NCBI GenBank assembly: GCA_964642305.1
Contig: CAZXOE010000001.1
Coordinates: forward strand, 1-50,930
DNA length: 50,930 nucleotides
From: an uncultured Candidatus Saccharibacteria bacterium
Lineage (GTDB): Bacteria; Patescibacteriota; Minisyncoccia; Phycocordibacterales; UBA1550
Reading direction: 5' to 3'
A model generated the notes under the pieces. That model worked only from the letters and a program-made list of their open reading frames with translations, made no database searches and was not told the origin of the DNA. Below are positions 16,055-23,352 of this stretch, piece by piece; the first letter of the stretch is position 1; the number at the start of each line of letters is the position of its first letter. Made by a program: the position numbers and the translations under genes.

Positions 16055-17744
16055 AATAGTTTAGCAAAAATTTCGTGATTTGCATAAACGGCGCTGAAAG
16101 TGTTTTTGAGGCATACGCTTCTCCTTGTGGATTTCTTACATCAAGATACACAATAAATTTTGGATCATATGAAGGAAAGTATCCGATAAAAGTGTGGAGA
16201 TAGTCCTTGTCTGAATATCCACCATCAAGAACGAGTTGGGCTGTTCCGGTCTTTGCGGCAATACTGTAACGCTCCATTTTGAGCGAACCTCCGAGAAGCG
16301 CTTTGTCTACGACCTCAGTGAGCATTCGTGAAATTTCCTCTGACGTTTCTTTTTTTATTACACGCTTTTCATTAGACGGCACAAACTCGCGAGCAGGTCC
16401 AAGACTATACTCTGTGCGTCTTACCACATGTGGAGTCACAAGCACTCCTCCGTTTGCGAGTGAGGCAAGCGCGCGTATGGTTGCAATAGGTGTCATTGAG
16501 ATACCCTGCCCGAATGACGCTGTCGCATACTCAATATCGCGCGGGCTTTCAAGGTTTCGTAAATCCCCCACGCTTTCATTTGGTAAATCAATCCCTGTCT
16601 CCTCGCCCAATCCAAAGGTTTTGAAATATTCTCTAAACTTTTCCCGTCCAAGACGCTCCATCACAAATATCGTGCCGGTGTTTAGAGACTGATTTAAAAT
16701 TTCTTGCACAGCCACTACCCCGCGCGCCTTGCCGTCAAAGTTTGCGATGCGTTTTGTGTTCACAATACGGAAACCTTTGTCGTCATATGTGGTGCTTGCG
16801 GTCACAACCCCAGCATCAATACCCGCTGCTATGGTAAGAGGCTTAACAATTGACCCCATTTCATACACGCCATCAACGAGTGGGTTTGAAAAAACGCGCT
16901 GATTTTTCTCCTTTGAAAAGTTGTTTGGGTCAAATGATGGCATAGTAGCCATTGCAAATATCTCGCCTGTTTTTGGATTCATAATAATACCGCTCGCGCT
17001 CACCGCATTATATTTTTTGAGAATATCATCCAACAAAACTCTTTCAAGAAATCCCTGCGCAGTGGGTTCTATTGTTGTCACCAAGTCCCCCTCACGACTA
17101 CGGTTGAAAAGTATAGTTGCTCCTGGTTTTAAAAATATGTCGGCAAAGAAATTTGAGGAGTCATTCTTTCCCGAGCGCGCAAGTGTTTCTTCATAGTAGC
17201 GCTCCAAACCATAGCGACCTGTGTGCGTGAGGTTTGTGCTTCCATCGGAACCAACAAAGCCCAGCACTTGAGCAGCGACTTTCCCACCTGGGTAAAAACG
17301 TTTATTATTTTTTTCTAAAATTATACCTTTATCATTGAGAGCGCGAATCTTCTCTGATGCTTCTTTTGATAAATGTTTTGCTATCTCCTCATACTGGTCA
17401 TCTTCACGGCTGGCGCGTGCAATAAAATTCGCGCGGTCAAATGTTACAAACCGAAGTAGTTTATCCGCAAGCTCCTCCTTGTTAGTAACCTTTGATGGAT
17501 CAACAACAAGGGTATAATCTGATACAACTGTCGCCGCAGAAATTTTACGACCATTTTTTTCAGAAAAAAATATCGTGCCTCTATCAAAAGTGCCAACGGA
17601 TGAAACTAGATACTTTGACTCCGCAAGATTTTGATAATATTCTCCGTGAGCTATTTGTATATATCCAAGCTTTGCAATCAAAAGAAGTGCTATCAAAAGC
17701 ACTCCTGTATTTAAGAACCAAACATTTTTTAGACGAGCATCCAT
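16032..17744 (-). CDS. ftsI: Penicillin-binding protein, division-type transpeptidase (FtsI/PBP3-like)
   Basis: N-terminal TM, SxxK (GSIVKP) and KTG (AAKTGTAQ). Positioned between ftsL-like and murF in the dcw cluster. Confidence 0.88.
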   Translation of the reverse strand: MDARLKNVWFLNTGVLLIALLLIAKLGYIQIAHGEYYQNLAESKYLVSSVGTFDRGTIFFSEKNGRKISAATVVSDYTLVVDPSKVTNKEELADKLLRFVTFDRANFIARASREDDQYEEIAKHLSKEASEKIRALNDKGIILEKNNKRFYPGGKVAAQVLGFVGSDGSTNLTHTGRYGLERYYEETLARSGKNDSSNFFADIFLKPGATILFNRSREGDLVTTIEPTAQGFLERVLLDDILKKYNAVSASGIIMNPKTGEIFAMATMPSFDPNNFSKEKNQRVFSNPLVDGVYEMGSIVKPLTIAAGIDAGVVTASTTYDDKGFRIVNTKRIANFDGKARGVVAVQEILNQSLNTGTIFVMERLGREKFREYFKTFGLGEETGIDLPNESVGDLRNLESPRDIEYATASFGQGISMTPIATIRALASLANGGVLVTPHVVRRTEYSLGPAREFVPSNEKRVIKKETSEEISRMLTEVVDKALLGGSLKMERYSIAAKTGTAQLVLDGGYSDKDYLHTFIGYFPSYDPKFIVYLDVRNPQGEAYASKTLSAPFMQITKFLLNYYEIPPDR

Positions 17745-17856
17745 TATCCCATTAAAGACATTGGGTAAAATCCCACGTCTGATTACCTATTAAAATTATA
17801 TTCATAAGGTACATATCTTTATTCCAAAGTATGGCATTGATCTCTGGCGGAAAAGG

Positions 17857-18162
17857 CTAGCGCGCAAGTGCAACTTTTATATCACTGTCGCTAGTAAACT
17901 TTGCATTCACTTCCTGAAATCCCATATTTTGCGCGTACGCTAGAGTGACTCCGTTTATCTGAGCGAGGTATTCCGCCTCAAGTGTGCCTGCTGTGGTTGC
18001 AAGCTCGTGAGCTTGGCGGTTGATATTGCTTCTGTCCACACCTGCGAGCGTGATCACGAGTGCTGAATACAGGTAGAAAGACAACACCACCGCGAGCGCC
18101 ATAGACAGCACCCAAAATATCTTTCTCTCAATGTTATTTAATTCAAGTGTTTTTGTGGTCAT
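17857..18162 (-). CDS. Small bitopic membrane protein in the FtsL position of the dcw cluster
   Basis: 101 aa with a single TM (IFWVLSMALAVVLSFYLYSALVI). Assigned by position only (rsmH-X-ftsI). Confidence 0.5.
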   Translation of the reverse strand: MTTKTLELNNIERKIFWVLSMALAVVLSFYLYSALVITLAGVDRSNINRQAHELATTAGTLEAEYLAQINGVTLAYAQNMGFQEVNAKFTSDSDIKVALAR

Positions 18163-18172
18163 GATTGTGTTG

Positions 18173-19060
18173 TTAATTTTTTATAATGATTCTTAACTTT
18201 GAGCTTCTTGATTTTGGATTATTTTTTATCTCATCATCGCTTGGTACTGTTGGTTTTTTAGTAACTAGAGTAGCTAATCCTTCGCTTGCCTTTTGTTTAA
18301 AAAATTCTTTTACGATTCGGTCTTCTAGTGAATGAAATGAAATGACCGCCATTCTTCCTCCTGTGTTTAAATGTTCAAAACCTTTTGATATGCCCTCTCT
18401 TAAAGCTCCAAGCTCGTCATTTACAGCAATGCGTAAAGCTTGAAATGTTTTTGTTGCAGGATTTATTCTGCTAAAACCGAACTTTGGCACACAATTATTT
18501 ACAATTTCTGCAAGCTGTCCAGATGTTTCTATTGGTTTCTCTTTTCTTGCTTCAACTATTCCTTTTGCAATACGTCTTGCGTAGCGCTCTTCGCCATATC
18601 CATAAATAATGTCTGCGATGCTTTCCTCTGCCCACTCATTCACAATCTCTCTTGCGGTGAGACCATCCCCAGATGAACGAAATGTCATCAGCAGTGGCTC
18701 ATCGCGCATAAAGGAGAACCCTCTTGGCGCCACATCTAGCTGGCGATTTGAAAGCCCAATATCAAGGAGAATCGCGTCAACTTTTCCTACACTAGCCTTC
18801 TCGAGTACAACATCAATGTTTCTAAAGTTGTCGCAAACGAAGAACTTTTTGCATGGTAAGTCTTTCAATCCTTCCTCTGCTATAGCGAGCGATTCTTGAT
18901 CTGCGTCTGTGCCGATAAAAAATCCTGACTTCCCTATCATCTCGCAGAGTACGCGACTGTGTCCTCCGAGACCTACTGTCCCTTCAAACACCGTGTTGCC
19001 CTCCTTGAGCGCGAGGCCTTCTGTTGATTCTTTTAAAAGAACTGATACGTGCTTGTCCAT
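18173..19060 (-). CDS. rsmH: 16S rRNA (cytosine1402-N4)-methyltransferase RsmH/MraW
   Basis: HVSVLLKES..., GTVGLGGHS, DIGLSNRQLD. ATG 19060 lies 2 nt after the mraZ stop; the track's longer ORF overlaps mraZ. Confidence 0.92.
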   Translation of the reverse strand: MDKHVSVLLKESTEGLALKEGNTVFEGTVGLGGHSRVLCEMIGKSGFFIGTDADQESLAIAEEGLKDLPCKKFFVCDNFRNIDVVLEKASVGKVDAILLDIGLSNRQLDVAPRGFSFMRDEPLLMTFRSSGDGLTAREIVNEWAEESIADIIYGYGEERYARRIAKGIVEARKEKPIETSGQLAEIVNNCVPKFGFSRINPATKTFQALRIAVNDELGALREGISKGFEHLNTGGRMAVISFHSLEDRIVKEFFKQKASEGLATLVTKKPTVPSDDEIKNNPKSRSSKLRIIIKN

Positions 19061-19062
19061 AA

Positions 19063-19497
19063 CTAGATCACGCCAATTTCTCCAAGCTTTTCTGCCAATG
19101 CATCTGCGCCTTTTTGAATACGTGACTTGTACTCCTGCCATACCTTTTCATTCCAGAGCTCAACACGTGTGGAAACTCCCACAACGGCGACTTGAGTTTT
19201 TAAGTCAGCGAAATCTTTTAAAAAATCTGGAACGAGGATACGACCTATACTGTCTACATCTGTTTCTACGGCACCTGCGAGCATAAAACGTCCGAACCCG
19301 CGTGTGTCTGCTTGGCCCATTGGAAGCCCTGCAAGCTTCTCTGCGACTTTTCCCCACTCCTTCATTGGGTACACAAAAAGACAGTTGTCCAAGCCGTGCG
19401 TGATGACTACTTTCTTGCCAAGCTCCTTGCGAAACTTTGCTGGGAGCGCAAGACGCTTCTTTGGATCCAATGTGTGAATGTGTTCGCCGATTAACAT
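19063..19497 (-). CDS. mraZ: Transcriptional regulator MraZ
   Basis: MLIGEHIHTLDPKKRLALPAKFRKEL... plus a second SpoVT/AbrB-like repeat (GRILVPDFLKDF). 144 aa from ATG 19497. Confidence 0.9.
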   Translation of the reverse strand: MLIGEHIHTLDPKKRLALPAKFRKELGKKVVITHGLDNCLFVYPMKEWGKVAEKLAGLPMGQADTRGFGRFMLAGAVETDVDSIGRILVPDFLKDFADLKTQVAVVGVSTRVELWNEKVWQEYKSRIQKGADALAEKLGEIGVI

Positions 19498-19629
19498 AAT
19501 GATTTTCGTGAGATTCTCGTGGTTTTTCTGATTTACCACCACAGCCCCTGTTTTAATTCCTAGCAGTTTCGATTGTTTAAAACAGGGGCTGGATGGGGAT
19601 TTCAATAGTCGCTTACTCTCTTTTGAAAT

Positions 19630-19685
19630 CTCCCACTTTATCCCACTTGTATACATTATATTACACTTCGCCCCACTGTACAACA
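19630..19685 (-). promoter_or_regulatory. dcw/mraZ promoter with three GTGGG MraZ-type operator boxes
   Basis: On the minus strand: TTGTAC(19683-19678)-N17-TATAAT(19660-19655). GTGGG boxes lie at 19676-19672, 19646-19642 and 19636-19632. The last two are exactly 10 bp apart and the first lies 30 bp upstream of them. Confidence 0.55.
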
Positions 19686-19704
19686 CTTTTATAAAATAAC
19701 TGTG

Positions 19705-19868
19705 GATAACTCCGACACCTACTTTGCCGTTGTTTTTGTGCCCTGTACGAACGCATCGCATAGGCTAAGTCAACGAGAGAATGCCTAGAAAAACCACGAA
19801 ATAATTTAGAAAAAACAGGGCGACGGCAAAGTGGGTGTGGGAGATAACTCCCGCACCTACCTTTTGCC
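19705..19868. repeat. Structured repeat element of the CCsCACCTAC..TTTGCC family
   Basis: Arms are gacacctactttgccgt (19714-19730) and acggcaaagtgggtgt (19823-19838). Inner stem is gccctgt/acagggc. Direct copy: gataactccgacacctactttgcc (19705-19728) versus gataactcccgcacctaccttttgcc (19843-19868). Confidence 0.6.
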
Positions 19869-20047
19869 TATTTTCTACATCTTTGGACGCCCAACGTCCA
19901 AAGATGTAGAAAAGAAAAAACACCGTCTGCATATAGCAAACGGCGTTCGTGTAAGACCTCCAAACCTGTGAAAAATTAGAATATGGTCTGGAGTAAAACT
20001 CCAATGGTAACGGAAGAAAGGAGGTTTGAGGAGTACTCCAATAGGAT

Positions 20048-20317
20048 TTACTGATTTATGTCGGGTATCAGAATCCCATAAAGTGCACTTAACTCACTAC
20101 GAATAGCGAGATAAGCATTCTTTGCCTTTTCTGACAGTTCCTCTTGATGGAAACTCCTTGCTTGAGCAGGGTTATCAAGATTGGCAAAATCAAAATCTCC
20201 ATTCTCGATGCAAATTTCTGTGACAAGTATTCTGTGTAATTGCGAAAGTCCTTCATCTCGCCTAACCAAACAAAGTACGTGCTCTGGAAGTGCCACGCCA
20301 AGATCCGCATATTTCAT
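20048..20317 (-). CDS. Hypothetical protein (89 aa)
   Basis: AAGGAG lies 6 nt upstream of ATG 20317 (MKYADLGVALPEH...). No family recognised. Confidence 0.55.
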   Translation of the reverse strand: MKYADLGVALPEHVLCLVRRDEGLSQLHRILVTEICIENGDFDFANLDNPAQARSFHQEELSEKAKNAYLAIRSELSALYGILIPDINQ

Positions 20318-20402
20318 AATACTCTCCTTTCTCTTCAAAATTGTCTAAAACAAGTATACCACAAAGCCTAACTTTTTGCAAGGGTTAAGGACAAGCAACC
20401 TG

Positions 20403-20527
20403 TCACACCCCCGCATTGTCATTGCGAGTCGGTTATCTTCCAGGAAGCGAATTTGCTAATTCGCCGACGTGGCAATCTAGGGCTCTGGTTTGCTTCGTGC
20501 CTCGCAATGACGGATGCTGGGTGCGAG
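20403..20527. repeat. Palindromic extragenic element of the cattgcgag...ctcgcaatg type
   Basis: Arms are gcattgtcattgcgag (20413-20428) and ctcgcaatgacggatgc (20501-20517). Inner hairpin is gcgaatt-tgct-aattcgc. Contains cgtggcaatct. From memory, this sequence type is a widespread repeat often mistranslated as ...SLRGTKQ.../...ARNDG... peptides. Confidence 0.5.
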
Positions 20528-20539
20528 GAGATACTAAAA

Positions 20540-22012
20540 CTACTCTGACTCAGGCCTCATTGTTGGGAACAGCACAACCTCGCGGATATTGCGTGTGTTA
20601 GATAAAATCATAACTATGCGGTCAATACCGATACCAACTCCACCGGCTGGTGGTAAGCCATATTCTATTGCTTCCAAATAATCCTCATCTGAGGGTGACA
20701 CATCCCCTTCTCCACCCTTTTTCTTTATATCCTGCTCCTCGTAGCGAGCTTTTTGCTCAAGCGGGTCGTTCAATTCTGAAAATGCGTTCACGACTTCAAT
20801 GCCCGCAATAACAAGTTGGAAACGATCAATTAGTGACGGATCTTTTTCCTGTTTTTTTGCAAATGGTGAAAAACCTGCTGGATAATTGATGATGAAGGTT
20901 GGTTGAACTATCTTTGGACGACACGCCTTCTTGTAAATATTATCCATTATTTTTTCAATAGAATCGTGCGCTTCCACTTTTACACCAAATCGCTCAGATG
21001 CCAAACGCCAATCCTCGCGCGACATCGCTTCTGGACTATCTATTGACGCGTATCGTTTAAACAGATCCAAAAAAGAAACTATAGCGAATTTCTTTGAAAC
21101 ATCTATTGTGTCATCGCCAGATTTTATCTTCGTGCCTTTTAAAACATTTTTCACCAGAGCCTTTACGAGCTTCTCTACAAATTCCATCTGTGTAGTGCAG
21201 GTTTCGTATGATGCGTAAAATTCGAGCATCGTAAACTCTGGATTGTGAGTCATATCTATACCCTCGTTTCTAAAATTACGGCCGATCTCATACACGCGGG
21301 GGAATCCGCCTACTAAAAGCTTTTTCAAATAAAGCTCAGGCGCAATACGAAGATTTAAATCAATATCAAGAGCATTGTGATGTGTTTTAAAAGGCTCCGC
21401 GAGGGCTCCTCCAGCAAGAGATTGAAGAAGCGGGGTCTCTACCTCCATGTAATCCGCGTCATTCAAGAACTTGCGTATCTCTGTGATAATTTTTGAGCGT
21501 AGCTTGAAACGCGCGCGAACCTCCTCGGACATAAGCAGGTCTAAATAACGTTTTCGAAAACGCTCCTCCACATCCTGAAGCCCATGCCATTTGTCTGGAA
21601 GTGGTCGCAAACTTTTTGAAAGCATTTTCCACTCCTTAACCTCAAGCGTGCGCTCCTTGCGCTTTGTCATAAATAGAGTGCCTGTACAGTCTATAAAATC
21701 CCCAATATCAACAGTGTCCTGAAAAAGTGAGAACAGCTCCTGATCCATGTCATCACGTTTTAGCAAACCTTGAATCATTGCTCCGTCGTCCTCTATATTA
21801 AAGAATACAAGCGCTCCTTGCCCACGAATAGCCATCACGCGCCCAGCAAGAGTTATCTTTTTATTATCCTTAGAAAGTTTTGTAAACGACGAAAGAGCAT
21901 CTGCTACACAAAACGAGCGCTTTGTAGCGATCGGGTATGGAAGCATCCCCTTTTCTTTGAGAAGTTCAAGCTTCTTTAATCTTTCTGCGCGTATCTCTTC
22001 TAATGAAGCCAT
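20540..22012 (-). CDS. lysS: Lysine--tRNA ligase (class II)
   Basis: OB-fold N-domain plus class II motifs (FRNEGIDMTHNPEFTMLEFY, GGVGIGIDRIVM). Confidence 0.95.
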   Translation of the reverse strand: MASLEEIRAERLKKLELLKEKGMLPYPIATKRSFCVADALSSFTKLSKDNKKITLAGRVMAIRGQGALVFFNIEDDGAMIQGLLKRDDMDQELFSLFQDTVDIGDFIDCTGTLFMTKRKERTLEVKEWKMLSKSLRPLPDKWHGLQDVEERFRKRYLDLLMSEEVRARFKLRSKIITEIRKFLNDADYMEVETPLLQSLAGGALAEPFKTHHNALDIDLNLRIAPELYLKKLLVGGFPRVYEIGRNFRNEGIDMTHNPEFTMLEFYASYETCTTQMEFVEKLVKALVKNVLKGTKIKSGDDTIDVSKKFAIVSFLDLFKRYASIDSPEAMSREDWRLASERFGVKVEAHDSIEKIMDNIYKKACRPKIVQPTFIINYPAGFSPFAKKQEKDPSLIDRFQLVIAGIEVVNAFSELNDPLEQKARYEEQDIKKKGGEGDVSPSDEDYLEAIEYGLPPAGGVGIGIDRIVMILSNTRNIREVVLFPTMRPESE

Positions 22013-22149
22013 ATGGGTATATTAAATGTTAAATATCAAATTTATAATTTCTAAACAATGCTTTAGTTTCATAATTCTAGAATTAGAAAAATTATTTTGA
22101 AATTAAAAATTTAAAATTAAACATTAGGAATTTTGCTCATTCGAGCAAC
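22013..22149. repeat. AT-rich ~120-nt leader element, copy A (upstream of lysS)
   Basis: Shares collinear blocks with 31031-31150: taaatgttaaatWtcaaattt, ttctaaa, aaacaatgYtt, aaattaaaaattta, attaNacatta, ttttgct. Confidence 0.6.
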
Positions 22150-22617
22150 TTATTCTACGTTAACAATCTTGCACGATACTACACCCATTGGTGTTTCATA
22201 CGAACAGTTATCTCCTTTGCTCTTGCCCATAAGCGCTTCGCCCAGTGGAGACTTGTTTGAAATTTTGTTTTCCTTTGTATTTGCCTCCTCTGAACCTACG
22301 ATCTTGTAATGCCTTTCCTCCTTGTCTCCTTGGCGGAGAATTACAGCAGTAGAACCAATACCAACAACACTCCCTTTGTGCTTCCCGGTAATCACAGCGT
22401 TTTTGATCATCTGCTCTAGCTTTGAAACACGCTCCTCCGCTTCTGCCTGATTTTGGCGAGCTTCGTGATACTCTGCATTTTCAGAAAGGTCTCCTAAACC
22501 CTTTGCAAATTCAAGTTGCTCCGCAATCTCTTTACGGCGTACGCTTTTTAAATAATCTAACTCTTTGGTTAATTCATCAAATTTCTCCTGGCTTAAATAT
22601 TCTTTTTCATCTGACAT
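22150..22617 (-). CDS. greA: Transcription elongation factor GreA
   Basis: Coiled-coil N-domain with GDLSENAEYHEAR, plus a C-terminal FKBP-like domain. Confidence 0.93.
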   Translation of the reverse strand: MSDEKEYLSQEKFDELTKELDYLKSVRRKEIAEQLEFAKGLGDLSENAEYHEARQNQAEAEERVSKLEQMIKNAVITGKHKGSVVGIGSTAVILRQGDKEERHYKIVGSEEANTKENKISNKSPLGEALMGKSKGDNCSYETPMGVVSCKIVNVE

Positions 22618-22685
22618 ATACGATATTCTATCTGTTTAAAGGCAAAAAGTCAATTTTAGCTTAATTTGCCTTCACAAATGGGTAG

Positions 22686-22716
22686 TAAAAAGCCGCCCCA
22701 AGAGAGGGGGCGGCTT
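22686..22716 (-). terminator. Terminator of the 22735-23217 gene
   Basis: agccgcccc-aagagag-ggggcggct with an A-run on the plus strand (a U-run on the transcript). Confidence 0.65.
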
Positions 22717-22734
22717 TGGCAACCCCAGTGCAAA

Positions 22735-23217
22735 CTAGCAACAGCAACCCGCACAGCAGGTATCTTTGCTGGAGGGCCAGTTATGGGGCTCTGGGTCTTT
22801 ATACGTTAGCAGCTGCTCCACCACAGACTCAAGGAGTCCGTCCGAAGCAACAACATACTCACCCGCAATTTCCCCGTGGTCGAATTTGACATCAGCCGGA
22901 TGTATTTTCTCATGCTTCAAGGCATAACCGAATACAGCATCTGAGCCAAGGTGGTCAGGAAATTCCTCTGTACGCAGGTGTCTCAGGTGCATTTCTTCCC
23001 CCATTTCCAAAAGGTACTCGTGTACGATTTTCTCTACATTAGCCATTTTGACATGACCCTCGTCGACAAGAAATTTCAAGAGCCGAGCCTTCTTGCTTGT
23101 GTGATTACTGATACGCTGGCCAAAACCAACATAAAAGTGTGAACAAAGCCCAACAGTAAGCAAATCCAATGAAACAGTGTCATCATAAAATGCACCCCAG
23201 CCAAATCCTTTACCCAT
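22735..23217 (-). CDS. Hypothetical protein (160 aa) with Cys-rich C-terminus ...KDTCCAGCCC
   Basis: Own terminator, weak SD (aaggga), and visibly GC-richer 3' part. No family recognised. Confidence 0.55.
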   Translation of the reverse strand: MGKGFGWGAFYDDTVSLDLLTVGLCSHFYVGFGQRISNHTSKKARLLKFLVDEGHVKMANVEKIVHEYLLEMGEEMHLRHLRTEEFPDHLGSDAVFGYALKHEKIHPADVKFDHGEIAGEYVVASDGLLESVVEQLLTYKDPEPHNWPSSKDTCCAGCCC

Positions 23218-23281
23218 GATTATTCCCTTTTTTAATAATTAGTGAAAGAACGCTTACAAAAAACTACCACAAATCTCTTGG

Positions 23282-23335
23282 AGACGCAACCGTAGCAATA
23301 GTACGCTATAGCGTACTATTGCTACGGTTGCGTCT
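23282..23335. repeat. 54-bp perfect palindrome with no spacer
   Basis: agacgcaaccgtagcaatagtacgcta|tagcgtactattgctacggttgcgtct. Lies between the mrdA stop and the start of the Cys-rich ORF. Confidence 0.9.
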
Positions 23336-23352
23336 AGCGGGAAACACAGGGG

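Noticed and set aside
19701-19709. DnaA-box-like nonamers (TGTGGATAA at 19701-19709 and 42873-42881; TGTGGATAT near 7184), with parB in the window, as a hint of oriC.
   Set aside because: They are isolated single boxes tens of kb apart. There is no cluster, no adjacent AT-rich unwinding element with 13-mers, and no dnaA or dnaN nearby. The 42873 box is only noted as part of the island finding.
19765-20601. Track ORFs 19765-20004 (79 aa, minus strand) and 20416-20601 (61 aa, plus strand).
   Set aside because: The first runs through the hairpin and repeat elements and has no SD. The second is the translation of the palindromic extragenic element and overlaps the lysS 3' end.
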